From Mobula hypostoma (Eukaryota): a stretch of 64,000 nt of DNA. The stretch is from assembly GCF_963921235.1 (NCBI RefSeq), contig NC_086097.1, positions 4,464,001 to 4,528,000 on the forward strand, written 5' to 3'. The notes beneath the pieces are model-generated. The model was not told the DNA's origin. It did no database searches and was given only the letters and a program-made list of their open reading frames with translations. The translations under genes and the position numbers were made by a program. Every line of letters starts with the position of its first letter. Positions within the stretch are counted from its first letter, which is position 1. Positions 51,857-63,429 of this stretch are shown here, piece by piece.

Positions 51857-52475
51857 CTTTGAACAAGATATGGCTGAGAAGAAACATCAGAGAATCCGGT
51901 AAGAAGGGCTCTTTAAAGAAGTTTGGGTTTTTGACGTGGGTTATGTCACTCACATAAGCATTTATTATGTCTTTTGTACTTTGTTGTTCACGAGAATCAA
52001 TCCTCTCTATGGTGGCATTATAATATTCCTCGGCTTCTCTGAGGAACCTTTCATGAATTTCTTTTGTGTTTTGAACATACAGAGAGATTCTAATGTGGAT
52101 TCCATCACTCACATTGTTCAAATGCTTCAGAAGCTGGCGGAATGTCTCCCTCACGGCGACAGTACCATTGTTTGTCATGTTGCTGTATCCAAGAACCTGC
52201 AGGAGCTGAGCCCGAGTATTTTCCTTGGCACCCAATGACAACATGCTCAGGGAGGCAGAGATGCTCAGCGGAGAAAGGAAAATATTTTGGGAAGCTGTGT
52301 CTGGTTGAGCGGCAATCTTTTTGTACAGACGCAATGCAAATTCTGAATTTGCTGCTGAGAGGCTGAGGAGGGAAGGGTGTGGGGTAGATTCATTGACAGC
52401 AGAGGGATATCCACTGACCATGCCACTGGAAGGTAAAGTGACCATCAGGAAAGCAAAAGCAAGCAACTTCTCCAT
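51857..52475 (-). CDS. SERPINA1-like: Serpin copy 2, first main coding exon
   Basis: Gap-free paralog of 14087-14705 with identical splice sites and an open frame. Confidence 0.92.
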
Positions 52476-52841
52476 GTTGAACCTGCAAAGTAAAACACAA
52501 ACCTACAATGTATTTATTGTGCACTATTTAGAGATACAGCGCAGAACAGGTTCTTCCAGTCTATCGAGCCACAATACCCAGAAACTCACCTATTTAACCC
52601 TAGTCAAATCACAGGACAATTGACAATTGACAATGACCAATTAGCGACTAACCTGTACATGTTTGATGGTGAACCCCCTGAGCAGCGATAGCAACACACT
52701 ACCTACTATATTACTGGGTTCTGAGTTTGCTCAAAACATTCCTTTTAGATTCTCCACAAAGCTTATATTGAAACTCTATTACATTTCACAAGTTAACAAG
52801 ATCAGATATTGCTCCTTAGGTTCTAACACAAGTTCACTTAC

Positions 52842-53060
52842 AGATTCATATTGGTAGCCTATTTATAATTTCAGAGTCCTACCTGAAGTGAAGAAGCTCG
52901 TTCGTCTTTGGCAGCCCAACTTGCCGAAATATAGTTCTTGGTCTCTAATGTCAATTTATACCATAACAATTGCAAACACGATTTAGACATTAATCAATGA
53001 AGTGACTTTTGATCCATAGATATCTTTGTTTAAACAATTTGATTGGTTTTGCAAGTATGG
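52842..53060 (-). promoter_or_regulatory. Putative promoter and short first exon of serpin copy 2
   Basis: Same arrangement: donor at 52841, TATAAAT 52954-52960, DR1 53003-53015, TTGTTTAAACAA 53026-53037. Confidence 0.5.
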
Positions 53061-54305
53061 ATTTGACTACATCACTGTGTCTCAGCAAATATTCCGAGAA
53101 GAATCTTGTAATATCAGTTTCAGGTATTGGATTTTGCATAGAGACATGTTAGGATAAATTTCCATTTTTATCCACTGATCTCCCCAAAACCATGAAGTCA
53201 GAACAGCTTGCAGATCAAACATTAAGGTTTGCATTGTTCATTGTGTGGTTTTACGCATGTTTATTGTTGTTAGTGAACCTGAACATTTAGAACTGCATTC
53301 TATTTTAGACAGAAAACTCCACCAAGGTCGAGAGGTACATCTATATTAAAAACTTTTCAGTGACATCTGTTTGAAAGTGTGTCAATACATTTTCTTAGAT
53401 TGTGCAACAGTTCACCATCATAAATAGAATTCAAGAATTATAACTTATCAGGTACATGCTGGCTCTTTGTAAAGTAATCCACTCCCTCTTTCATCATGGG
53501 CCTGCTAAATATTTTTGACCAAGCTCTCTAATCACCCTTTGAAAATCCACCAACCACCCTTAAAGACAATATGTTCCAGATTAGAGGTATTCTTGTGTAA
53601 AATAACAGATTTCTGAACTGACAAGGAACCCATGTACACTATCACTATTGTTTGATTTTTGCTCTTTTTGCACTACTTATATCATTTAATTTTTAACATA
53701 TATTCGTTTTTCAATTTATAGTTTTTTTATTATTATGTATTGCAATGTACTGCTGCCACAAAGCAACTAATGGGCACGATGTACGTCGATGATACTAAAC
53801 CTGATTCGGATTCACATTTACTTCTTTATTGAGATACAGTGCAGAATAAACCCTTCTAACCCTTCGAGCTGCATCGCCCATCAGTCCCCTGGCCTAATCA
53901 CGGGACAATTTATAATGACAAATTAACCTACTAACCAGTAGGTCTTTGGACTGTGGGAGGAAACTGGAGCACCCAGGGGAAATCCACACAGTCACGGGAA
54001 GAATGTACAAACCCATTAGAGTGAGTTGCGGAATTGAACTCGTGTCGCCTCTGCTGTTAAGTGTTGAGCAATCCACTGCACTACCGTGCCGCCCGATTCT
54101 TATTCCTCACTCCTGCTCTATCAGTTACTCCTAATATTGATATATGTTACCCTTTACCCATTTCCAAGTGGCAACAATTTGTCTCTGCTTCACCTAAATC
54201 TGCATGATTTCATATCTTGATGATCTATCAAATCCCTCTCCAACCCCCATCTAACTTAAGAGCTGAAGTTTCTGTTCCCTGGAACTTTTCTAGTACATTT
54301 TAGAT

Positions 54306-56185
54306 CAGTGTATACCAACCTTTTTAGTCCCCTTAAAGCACTTTCATACTTGCCAACACTCCCCGAAAGCACCTTCATACTTGCCAATGCCCCTATTAGG
54401 CAAAATACTGTATACTTTCCAGCACCCCCATAGTGTAAAAACGTGTCTTCCGAATGCTAACATGAGAAAAATGATTGTGCTTTAAATTTCTATTTGTTTT
54501 TAATATAGCTTACACAGTACCTGGGTGCTGTACAGCAACTTCATATCAATGTGATCCTTGAGTTTGATGGTTTTTAGCAAGAGTTGAAATATCTGGTGAC
54601 AGCAGAAGCCTTAAGACCCCACACATAACAACATCCAAGCGGTTTCTGTTTCTTTGTGAATATGTGGTTCACTGCACTGAAGTTTCTTTCAACAAGGTAG
54701 AAGGATAGAAATGCAATGAAGAGCAGTTTGGCTCTTCTCCAAAGACCAGGAAACTTGTGATGACGATGTAGCCACATACCACAGAAGCCACATATTTGAA
54801 AACATTTTTGCATCGTCATCATTCTGGATTTTGATAATTTCTTCTTACAAGTTCTCTTCCTGCTCTTCCACCTTGCAAAGAAATGGGTTAATTTACCAGT
54901 CTGGAATTTCCAGATTGCTCAAATCCTTGAATTGATTCTAAAAATCCTTTACCAGTGACTGCATGTGTAAGCAGTACTCTTGCAGATCACTGCCTGTGAA
55001 AGAGAGAGTCACACTTTCTGTGCAGGGAAACTGTGAAAACATTCTTCTTCCAATGCTTTACTTATCTATTTCCAATTTTCTAATAAAAGTGGACACTGCA
55101 CTTTTCGCCTGGATTAAATTGAAATTCTCACCCTGCAGTTTCATATTTAGAATGTTCATTTTTTCATACAGATCGGCTTCACCGAGAATTTCAAACTTTT
55201 TTCCTAAGCTCTTGTCGACTTTGAGTCGACAATTCAACCACAGTGTCAAAAAGATCAAAGAAATTTTTTAAGCAGCAACCTTTTTCAGTGTGAAGAAGCA
55301 AGCATTCAAGCTCTTCATCATTATCTTGGCATAACAGGTGAAATATTCTGCTATTTTATGGATGAGCTTTTACTTTGTTGATAGCAAATATTACAAAAGT
55401 CATGCTTGAAAAAAGTTGCTGGCTGAGGGTTCTGGCTTTGAGATGTTGATGATGAATTACACAACGAGTTGCAGACTTGGAATTGCCTGTTTCATAAATG
55501 CCACTAAAACAGCATGGTGACCTGTCATAGGGTCTCGGCCCAAAACATCAACTGTACTCTTCCGTAGATGCTGCCTGGCCTTCTAATTTCTTCCGGCATT
55601 TTATGTGTCTTGTTTAGATTTCCAGCATCTGCAGATTTTCTTTAGTTTGTGATATATGATTCATCTGTTGCACAAGAAATCATGTTCCTAATCATGTCCA
55701 GAATACTTTTATCCTCAATATACATTATGAGCTTGTTGTTCTGATTCTCCATTGATATTTGTTTTTAACTTTTTACAAAAGAGAGCCTCTTCATAAACTT
55801 TTCCATTTTTGATAAATCATACTTATGCCATTAGCAACACCTCGTTGTCTTGCACAATTGACTTATTCAGTTGTATCCCAAATTTTGGTTTTTTAGCTCT
55901 GTGCATAGTTGATACTCAATGTCTTCACTCATTTCATCAATATAATGAGCTACAGAGTTATTACTCAGAGGAATTGATTTTAAAATACTGGTTTCTATTT
56001 TGAGAACAGTGGTGAGCACTTCTGATACAGCAGGCGTTATTAATCTTTCACCAGTTGTATGAGATTTTCCACACTTTGCTGTCATTGTGAAAATGTTATA
56101 AGAAGCAATGAGAACTCTATCAAGGTCATTTTTAGCTTTCTTGGCAAATGACTGGAATGTGCAATGCTTTTCAAATGCTTCTTTC
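54306..56185 (-). mobile_element. Degenerate hAT (Buster/Charlie-like) transposon remnant, unit B
   Basis: Paralog of the unit A remnant; SIPLSNNSVAHYIDEMSEDIE; TIR-like CAGTGTATACCAACCTTTT at 54306. Confidence 0.8.
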
Positions 56186-57464
56186 ATCTTCATAACCGCG
56201 CCATTGGGGGTCAGGGGGCTGGGTGCGGTACGGCCCTCATTAGGAATCATTGTTTAAGACCACTAGTCAATAAGACATTCAGCAGAATTAGGTCAGAATT
56301 TGGCTCATTGAGTCTGTTCCACCATTCCATCATGGCTGATTTATTATCTGTTTCAGGAGATTAATGAAATGGTTCTGTAGATGAGAATTTTCAGTTGTAG
56401 GGTTAAATGGAACTGGCATGATGAAGGATCTCATCCCAAAACCACGTGCCAGTGAGGATAAGAGAATAATTTGGCAGATGAATCCATCTAAGAAAGGATG
56501 TTCTGACATTGCAGACGATTCAGAGAAGGTTCACGAAAATGATTCCAGGAATGAAAGGCTTATTGTATGAGAAGCATTTGATGGCTCTGGGCCAGCACTT
56601 GCTGGAACATAGAACATCGAAATCGACAGCACATTACAGGCCCTTCGACCCACGATGTTGTGCCGACCATGTAGCCTACTCTAGAAACTGCCTAGAATTT
56701 CCCCACCGTATAGCCCTCTATTTTTCTGAGCTCCATGAACCTATCTAAGAGTCTCGTAAAGACCCCATTGTATCCACCTCCACCACCGTCACTGGCAGTG
56801 CATTCCACACACCCAGCACTCTCTGTGTGCAGTTTAGAAGAATGAGAGCGATCTCACTGAAACCTATCGAAGCTTGAAATTCCTGCATAGAGTGGATATG
56901 GACAGGATGTTTCCTATAGATGGGGGAGTCAAGGACCAGAGGGCACAGTTTCAGAACAGAGGGATGTCCTTTTAGAACGTAGATGAGGAAGAATTTCTTT
57001 AGATAGAGGGTGGTGAATCAGTGGAATTTCTTGCCGCAGATGGTTGTGGAGGCCAAGTCATTGGGTGTATTTAAGGCAGAGGTTGATGTATTCTTGATTA
57101 ATTAGGAGGTGAGATATTACTGGAAGAAGGCAGGAGAATGGGGTTGAGATGGAAATGAATCAGCCGTGATGGAATGATGGATCAGAGTCGAGGGGCCGAA
57201 TGGCCTCATTCTGCTCCTTTGGTTGGTCTAAAAGAAATGTCAAATATTTATTCCCCTCTTTAGAAGCTGCATATTCTGCTGAGTTCTTCCAGTACTTTCT
57301 GTGTTTTTCTGGATTTCCAGCATCTGCAGAATCTCTTGTGTTTTGACAGAAAAAGCTCACACTTTTTCTGTTTAGATAAAAGAAGTTTAAGAGAATTCTT
57401 AAGGTAATATTAACCTGATCCAGATGCAAAAATAAAACAATCCTTTAAAACTAGCTGAATGCAT

Positions 57465-60400
57465 AAAACCATAAGAAACAGGAGCAGAATTAGGCTAAGA
57501 GGCCCATTGAGTCTGCTCCGCCATTTCATCCTGGCCCATCCATTTTCCGTTTAAGCCTCAATCTCCTGCTTCTTCCCGTATCTCTTCCTGTCCTGACCAA
57601 TCGAGAACCTATCAACTTTTGCCTTAAATATGCAAAAAGACTTGGACTCCCTAGCTGCCAGTGGCAAACAATTCCACATAATCACTACTGTCTGGCTAAA
57701 GAAATTCTTCCTCATCTCCGTTCTAAAAGGATGGCCCTCTATGATGAGGCTGTGTCCTCTGGTCTTAGACTGTCCTACCGTAGGAAACTCTCCCATTCTA
57801 TCAAGGCCTTTCACCACTTGATGGGTTTCAATTACTGTGGGTCGCCCCTCATTCTGATGAATTCCTGTGAATACAGGCCCAGAACCATCAAACGTTTGTC
57901 ATATGACAAGCCATTCAATCTTGGAATCATTTTCATGAACCCTCTTTGAACTCTCTCCAGTTACAGCACATCCTTTCTAAGATAAGGGGCCTGAAACTGC
58001 TCACACTACTCTGTGAGGCCTCACCAGTGTTTTATAAAGTCTCAATATTACATCTTTGCTTTTATATTCTAGTCCCCTTGAAATGAATGGTAGCATTGCA
58101 TTTACCTTCTTCACCACAGACTCAACCTTTAGGCAATCTTGGACAAGGTCTCCCAAGTCCCTTTGCACTAATTTTTATCTATTTTCAAAATAGTCAATCT
58201 TTTCATTCCCAATGGTGTGTTCAGGTACACAGAAAACCTAAGAAAAGACTTGAAAGAAGCTTTCAAATGAGCAAGCATTTATTTTAATATCAGTGTCGTA
58301 TAGTTGAGGGTCTCAGATTTCAGTAATAAGGGAACCAAGATTAAGGAGCAGGATCTGTTTTAAACTGGCAACTTGTTATCATTAACTTCTATTTGAATGA
58401 AGGTGTGCTTTATCTGCAAACTGCAAGGTAAAGTTGGAATCAATCTGACTGACATTGCTTAGGTTGAAGACTCTAAGGAACTTCTTCGGCAATATTGTGG
58501 ATGGTCAGCACAGAGTGCTGGGAGGATACAGCAGATGACCGCAACAAATGTAACACCTAGAGCGTGGTGAAAGAGTGATCCTGAGTCAGTTTGAGGAGCA
58601 GAGAGCTAAACGGAGGGCACAGCGGACAGCAGACAACAATTCCATGGCACCCTACGCATGCAGCAACTGTGGCAGAGCCTACCTACCGTTCCAGGATCGG
58701 CCTCAATAGTCACAGTCGACACTGCTCGACAAACCACTGACTACCAGAGGCGCAGTACCCATGGTCGACCACGACCGACGGAGGCCACAGGTTGGGAAGA
58801 CATTGCAGTCGATTGTTAAAGATGTAGTTCTGGGGTACTTGGAGGCACATGATAAAATAGGCTGAAGTCAGCATGGTTTCCTTAAAGGAAAATCTTGTCT
58901 GTCAAATCTGTTGGAATTCCTTGAAGAAGTAACTATGAGGATAGATAAAGGAGAACTGGCTGATGTTATGTACTTGGATTTTCAGAAGGCCTTTGACAAG
59001 GTGCCACACATGAAGCTGCTTAACAAGCTATGAGCCCATGGTATTACAGGAAAGATTCTGGCATGGATAATGCTGTGGCTGATTGGCTGGAGGCAAAGGG
59101 TGAGAATAAAGGGAGCCTTTTCTGGTTGGCTGCTGGTGGCTATTGGGGTTCCATAAGGGTCTGTGTTGGGACCACTTCTTTTCACATTATACAGGTATGT
59201 CAATGATTTGGATGATGGAATTGATAGCTTTATTGTAAAGTTTGCAGATGATATGAAGATAGGTGAAGGGGCATGTAGCTTTGAGGAAGTAAAGAGGCTA
59301 CATTGGAACAAATAGAGAATGGTCTATTTGATGCCATGTCTTTGGGATGTTTTGCTGGAGTAACCTGCTGTTTTCCCCAGAAAAAAAATCCAAGTATAAA
59401 TTCAGGCCCAGGGTTCCCTGAACTAAATCTCCCAACCCCAAATAGTTTTACCTTCTCAGCAGAATCACAGAAGATAGCAAAGGTGCTATAATCTTTAAGG
59501 ATAAATCAGTTTTAATCAGTAATTATGGGTTGGTGTTCAGTAACAAATGAGAACCAGTCTTCAGGTATTTTGAAGGCCAAATCATTGTGTATATTTAAAA
59601 TGGAGGCTGATAAGTTCCTTATTTGCCAGGGCATCAAATGTTACGGGGAGAAGGCTGGTGAATGGGGTTGAGTGAGAAAATAAATCAGCCACGATGGAAT
59701 GGCAGAGCAGACTCGATGGATCAAATGGCCTAATTCTGCTCCCATGTCTTATGGTTTTATGGTCTTATTTCAAAAGCAACCTGTACAAACAGCAATTCTG
59801 CTGGAAATTCCAAGGACAGCTGGATGAATGCGCACCATTGTTAGTTAAGGGAGAAGCTACTGACTTATAGTGGGAAGCCTCTTTAGTGGTATCGTTCATA
59901 AACTGACATGACTGTGGGCCCCTGCAGAGTGCCAAAGAGTGTTAGATTTCTGCATTTCTTAAGCACCCGTGTTTACTAATTGTTGACTTAACGAGAGTCA
60001 TTAAGCCTTGTGCTTTCTGCTTAATCTAGTTAATAGGAGTGGCATGGGTTTTCTGCTTTCGTTGGCTATGTTTCCTTATGTTTATGATTCGTCTGGTCAT
60101 GCCATCAAGACCCTGTTGGTATTCTCATGTATAACCTCTTGGGAGCCTGTCCTTCCTCTGCCCCTGGGGTCAGTCAGTGCAGGACTTGCTGTGACAGAAG
60201 GACTCCACCATTAGCGGGCTCAGCGGATGTACACCACAGGTGGCTGGAGACGAGTATGCCTCCTTTACTCAGTTCATGTCCCGAGTGCCTGGAGTCTATG
60301 TTCCCAGTGATCACTCTGAGCTCCTCCAGTCTACATTCAATGTTTTCTTCTGAGGTCCTCTGGGTCGACAATGTTCATTTGGTCTCCTGTGGTATTCAAT

Positions 60401-61455
60401 GTTTCCGAGCTAAGTGTAAACTCACAAGATATAAGACCATAAGACCAAAAGATATAGGAGCAGAATTAGGCCATTTGGCCCATTGAGTCTGCTCCACCAT
60501 TTCACCATGGCTGATCCAAATTTCCTCTCACCCCAGTCTCCTACTTTCTCCCCATATCCCTTCATACCCTGACCAATCAAGAATCTATCAATCTCTGCTT
60601 AAATATACAGAAAGACTTGGCCTTCACAGCTGCCCGTGTAAAGAATCCCACATTCACCACTTTCTGGCTAAAGAAATTCCTCTTCATTTTCACCCCTCTA
60701 TTCTGAGGTTGTGTTTTCTGGTCTTAGACTCCTCTGCCATAGGAAATATCCTCTCCATATCCACTCTATCAAGGCCATTCACCATTCGATAGGTTTTACT
60801 GAGGTCACCCCTCACTCTTCCTAATTCTAATGAATAGAGACCCAAAGCCATCAAATGCTGTTCGTATCACAAGCCACTCAATCCTGGAATCATTTTCATG
60901 AAACTCCTTTGAACTCTCTACAGTTTCAGCACATCCTTTCTAAGATAAGACAACCAAAACTGCTCACAATACTCCTAGTGAGGCCTCACAACTGTTTTAT
61001 AAATTCACAACATTACATCCTTGCTTTTGTATTCTAGTCCTCTTGAAATGAATGCTAACATTGTATTTGCCTTCCTCACGACTGACTCAACCTATAAGTT
61101 CAAAGGTTCAATTTGATGTCGGAGAAATGCATACAATATACATCCTGAAATGCCTTTTCATCAGGGAATCCTGCACAAGGACTCCCAAGTCCCTTTGTGC
61201 CTCAGTTTTTTGTATTTTTTCTCTATTTAAAAAATAGTCAACCCTTTTATTTCTTCTACCGAAGTGCATAACCATACACATCCTGACACTATATTCCATC
61301 TGTCATTTATTTTCCCATCCTCCTAATCTGTCTACTTCCTCCTGCAGCCTCTCTACTTCCTCAAAACTACCTGCCCATCCACCTATCTTTATATCGTCTG
61401 AAAACTTTGCAACAAAGTCATCCATTTCATCATCCAAATCATTTGCATAGAACGT
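57465..61455. mobile_element. Cluster of CR1 fragments (minus 57465-58168 and 60430-61455, plus 58790-59300) with other degraded repeats
   Basis: DFQKAFDKVPH, KFADD/KFSDD remnants and (CCATAAGA)n tails. Confidence 0.65.
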
Positions 61456-61894
61456 AAAAGTAATCAGTCTCATCATTATTCCCATCCATAGATGCTGCTT
61501 GACCTGCTGAGCTCCTCCAGCACATTATGTGTATTGCTTTTGATTTACAGCATCTGCAGTACCTCTTGCGTCTTTATCTTATTGTGTCTTTTTTTTGTGC
61601 TGTATTGGATCCTGAGTAACAATTATTTAATTCTCCTTTACACTTGTGTACTGGAAATGCAATTAAACAATATTGAATCCTGTATTTTGAACTTTAATGT
61701 AAATTACTTAACCAACCTTACACTCAGCTTTGTACAATGCATGACAAGCACGTCCACACTCGATGTGCTAGGCTTATTTGAGAAGAGTAGTTTATTTGGT
61801 TATCCTTTGAACTTTTGAACATTAGTGGAAGTAACACCATTGTTTACAATTTATGGATGTTGCATGTTTAGGGGATCGGTGGAGTTGGCATATT

Positions 61895-62083
61895 TTAAAC
61901 AGTGGGATTTATCACTCTTCCTGCAAAAAGGACATTCTTTGTGTTGTGATCGGCAATTAATAGCAAGAATGGCCTGTTGAATTTAAGCAGAGGAGCCCTT
62001 GACATTGGCATTAAACCAACTGTGGTCACTACAGAAGCTTCTGTGCCTTTTTCATCGATGTTCAGCACGGCCTCGTGAACCAC
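61895..62083 (-). CDS. SERPINA1-like: Serpin copy 3, last coding exon; remaining exons lie beyond the right edge
   Basis: Acceptor tttctctgctcctgtag; VVHEAVLNIDEKGTEAS...MPMS...FNRPFLLLI...LFAGRVINP then TAA; AATAAA on the minus strand at 61791-61796. Confidence 0.9.
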   Translation of the reverse strand: MVHEAVLNIDEKGTEASVVTTVGLMPMSRAPLLKFNRPFLLLIADHNTKNVLFAGRVINPTV

Positions 62084-62260
62084 CTACAGGAGCAGAGAAA
62101 GCAAGAAATCTGATTAATGAAGTTAACGTTCCTCTCAGCTGCTCAAATGGCGCTTCAGAAACAGGCTTAGTATTGGTTGTTTTGCTGCAGCAGTGTAATG
62201 TATAATAAAATAACTCTAAATTATGATGAGAAATATATATAAATTAATGTAAATAAGTAG

Positions 62261-62790
62261 TGTCAGGCCTCCACATGCAAGCTCCTTCCAGTCTCCATCC
62301 AGCTAATAGGAGTCACTTGCCACTCATTTCCAATTCATCACCTTATTATTCCTCTCCACGGCCTGAGGCAACCTCGCCATGTCTTTAGCATTTCGTCTGT
62401 ATTTTACGAAGCCAAGTTGCAAGCTTGATGCTCAACCCAGCACGGACAGAGGCCATGCAAGGATCCGTCCAGATTCGAACCAGGACCGCTCGCCTTGAAG
62501 TCCAGTGCTGATGCCATTACGTCACCGGCCAGCAAACTCATCACCTGCAACTTATTTAAACCCAGCTGCCCCTCACAATCCTTGGTCACTCATGTGAGCC
62601 AGCCAGCCAGCGTCAACCAGTTGCTCCTAACGCTCAGTTACCTCATTGCCTGTGTGCTTAGTATCTGTTCTCTCTCTTGTTTTCTGGCACTCATGGCTTG
62701 TTTTGCAGCTGGTTATTAAAGTGATTGCTCGCCACTAAATTGCCTCCAATAGTTTGCTTTTGGGTCAAGCCTTCTCTATATTTCCTGACA
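62261..62790. mobile_element. Solo LTR with 5-bp TSD
   Basis: TGTCAGG...CCTGACA inverted termini flanked by AGTAG on both sides. Confidence 0.75.
62344..62534 (-). mobile_element. tRNA-derived SINE nested in the solo LTR
   Basis: A-box-like TGACGTAATGG, B box GGTTCGAATC; imperfect TSD AA(T/C)TCATCACCT. Confidence 0.65.
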
Positions 62791-62856
62791 AGTAGTGCAG
62801 AAGGACAGCAAAAAGACCTAGCTGTTTTACATTCATGCTAACCCTGAGCATCTCAT

Positions 62857-63296
62857 TGTCATAGTCATAGTCATACTTTATTGATCCTGGGGGAAATTGG
62901 TTTTCGTTACATTTGCACCATAAATAATAACGAGTAATAGAACCATAAATAGTTAAATAGTAATATGTAAATTATACCAGTAAATTACGAAATAAGTCCA
63001 GGACCAGCCTATTGGCTCAGGGTGTCTGACCCTCCAAGGGAGGAGTTGTAAAGTTTGATGGCCACAGGCAGGAATGACTTCCTATGACGCTCAGTGTTGC
63101 ATCTCGGTGGAATGAGTCTCTGGCTGAATGTACTCCTGTGCCCACCCAGTACATTATGTAGTGGATGGGAGACATTGTCCAAGATGGCATGCAACTTGGA
63201 CAGCATCCTCTTTTCAGACACCACCGTCAGAGAGTCCAGTTCCATCCCCACAACATCACTGGCCTTACGAATGAGTTTGTTGATTCTGTTGGCATT
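62857..63296 (-). mobile_element. 3' fragment of the same Rex1/Babar-like family
   Basis: Near-identical peptide RINKLIRKASDV...SDTLSQ and (TATGAC)n tail. Confidence 0.85.
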
Positions 63297-63429
63297 CATC
63301 CAGCAATATACAAACAAGCAATAAATATTGAAGCAATAAACAGTTTTCTCAAAGAGTTCAGTGGGACAGGCAGCATCTGTGGGGGGAAAGGGATGGTCGG
63401 CGTTTTGGGTCAAGATTTTGTATCGGGAC

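Larger units (their letters stand above)
33087..58168 (+). repeat. Tandem segmental duplication, unit B
   Basis: Direct repeat of 1-22624 apart from copy-specific insertions and deletions. Confidence 0.93.

Noticed and set aside
28072..52475. Copy 2 as a pseudogene
   Set aside because: No stop, frameshift or broken splice site and an excess of replacement changes; expression remains unverified.
1..58168. Duplication as an assembly artefact of two haplotypes
   Set aside because: About 61 amino-acid differences and many independent insertions seem too many for alleles; read depth is needed to exclude it fully.
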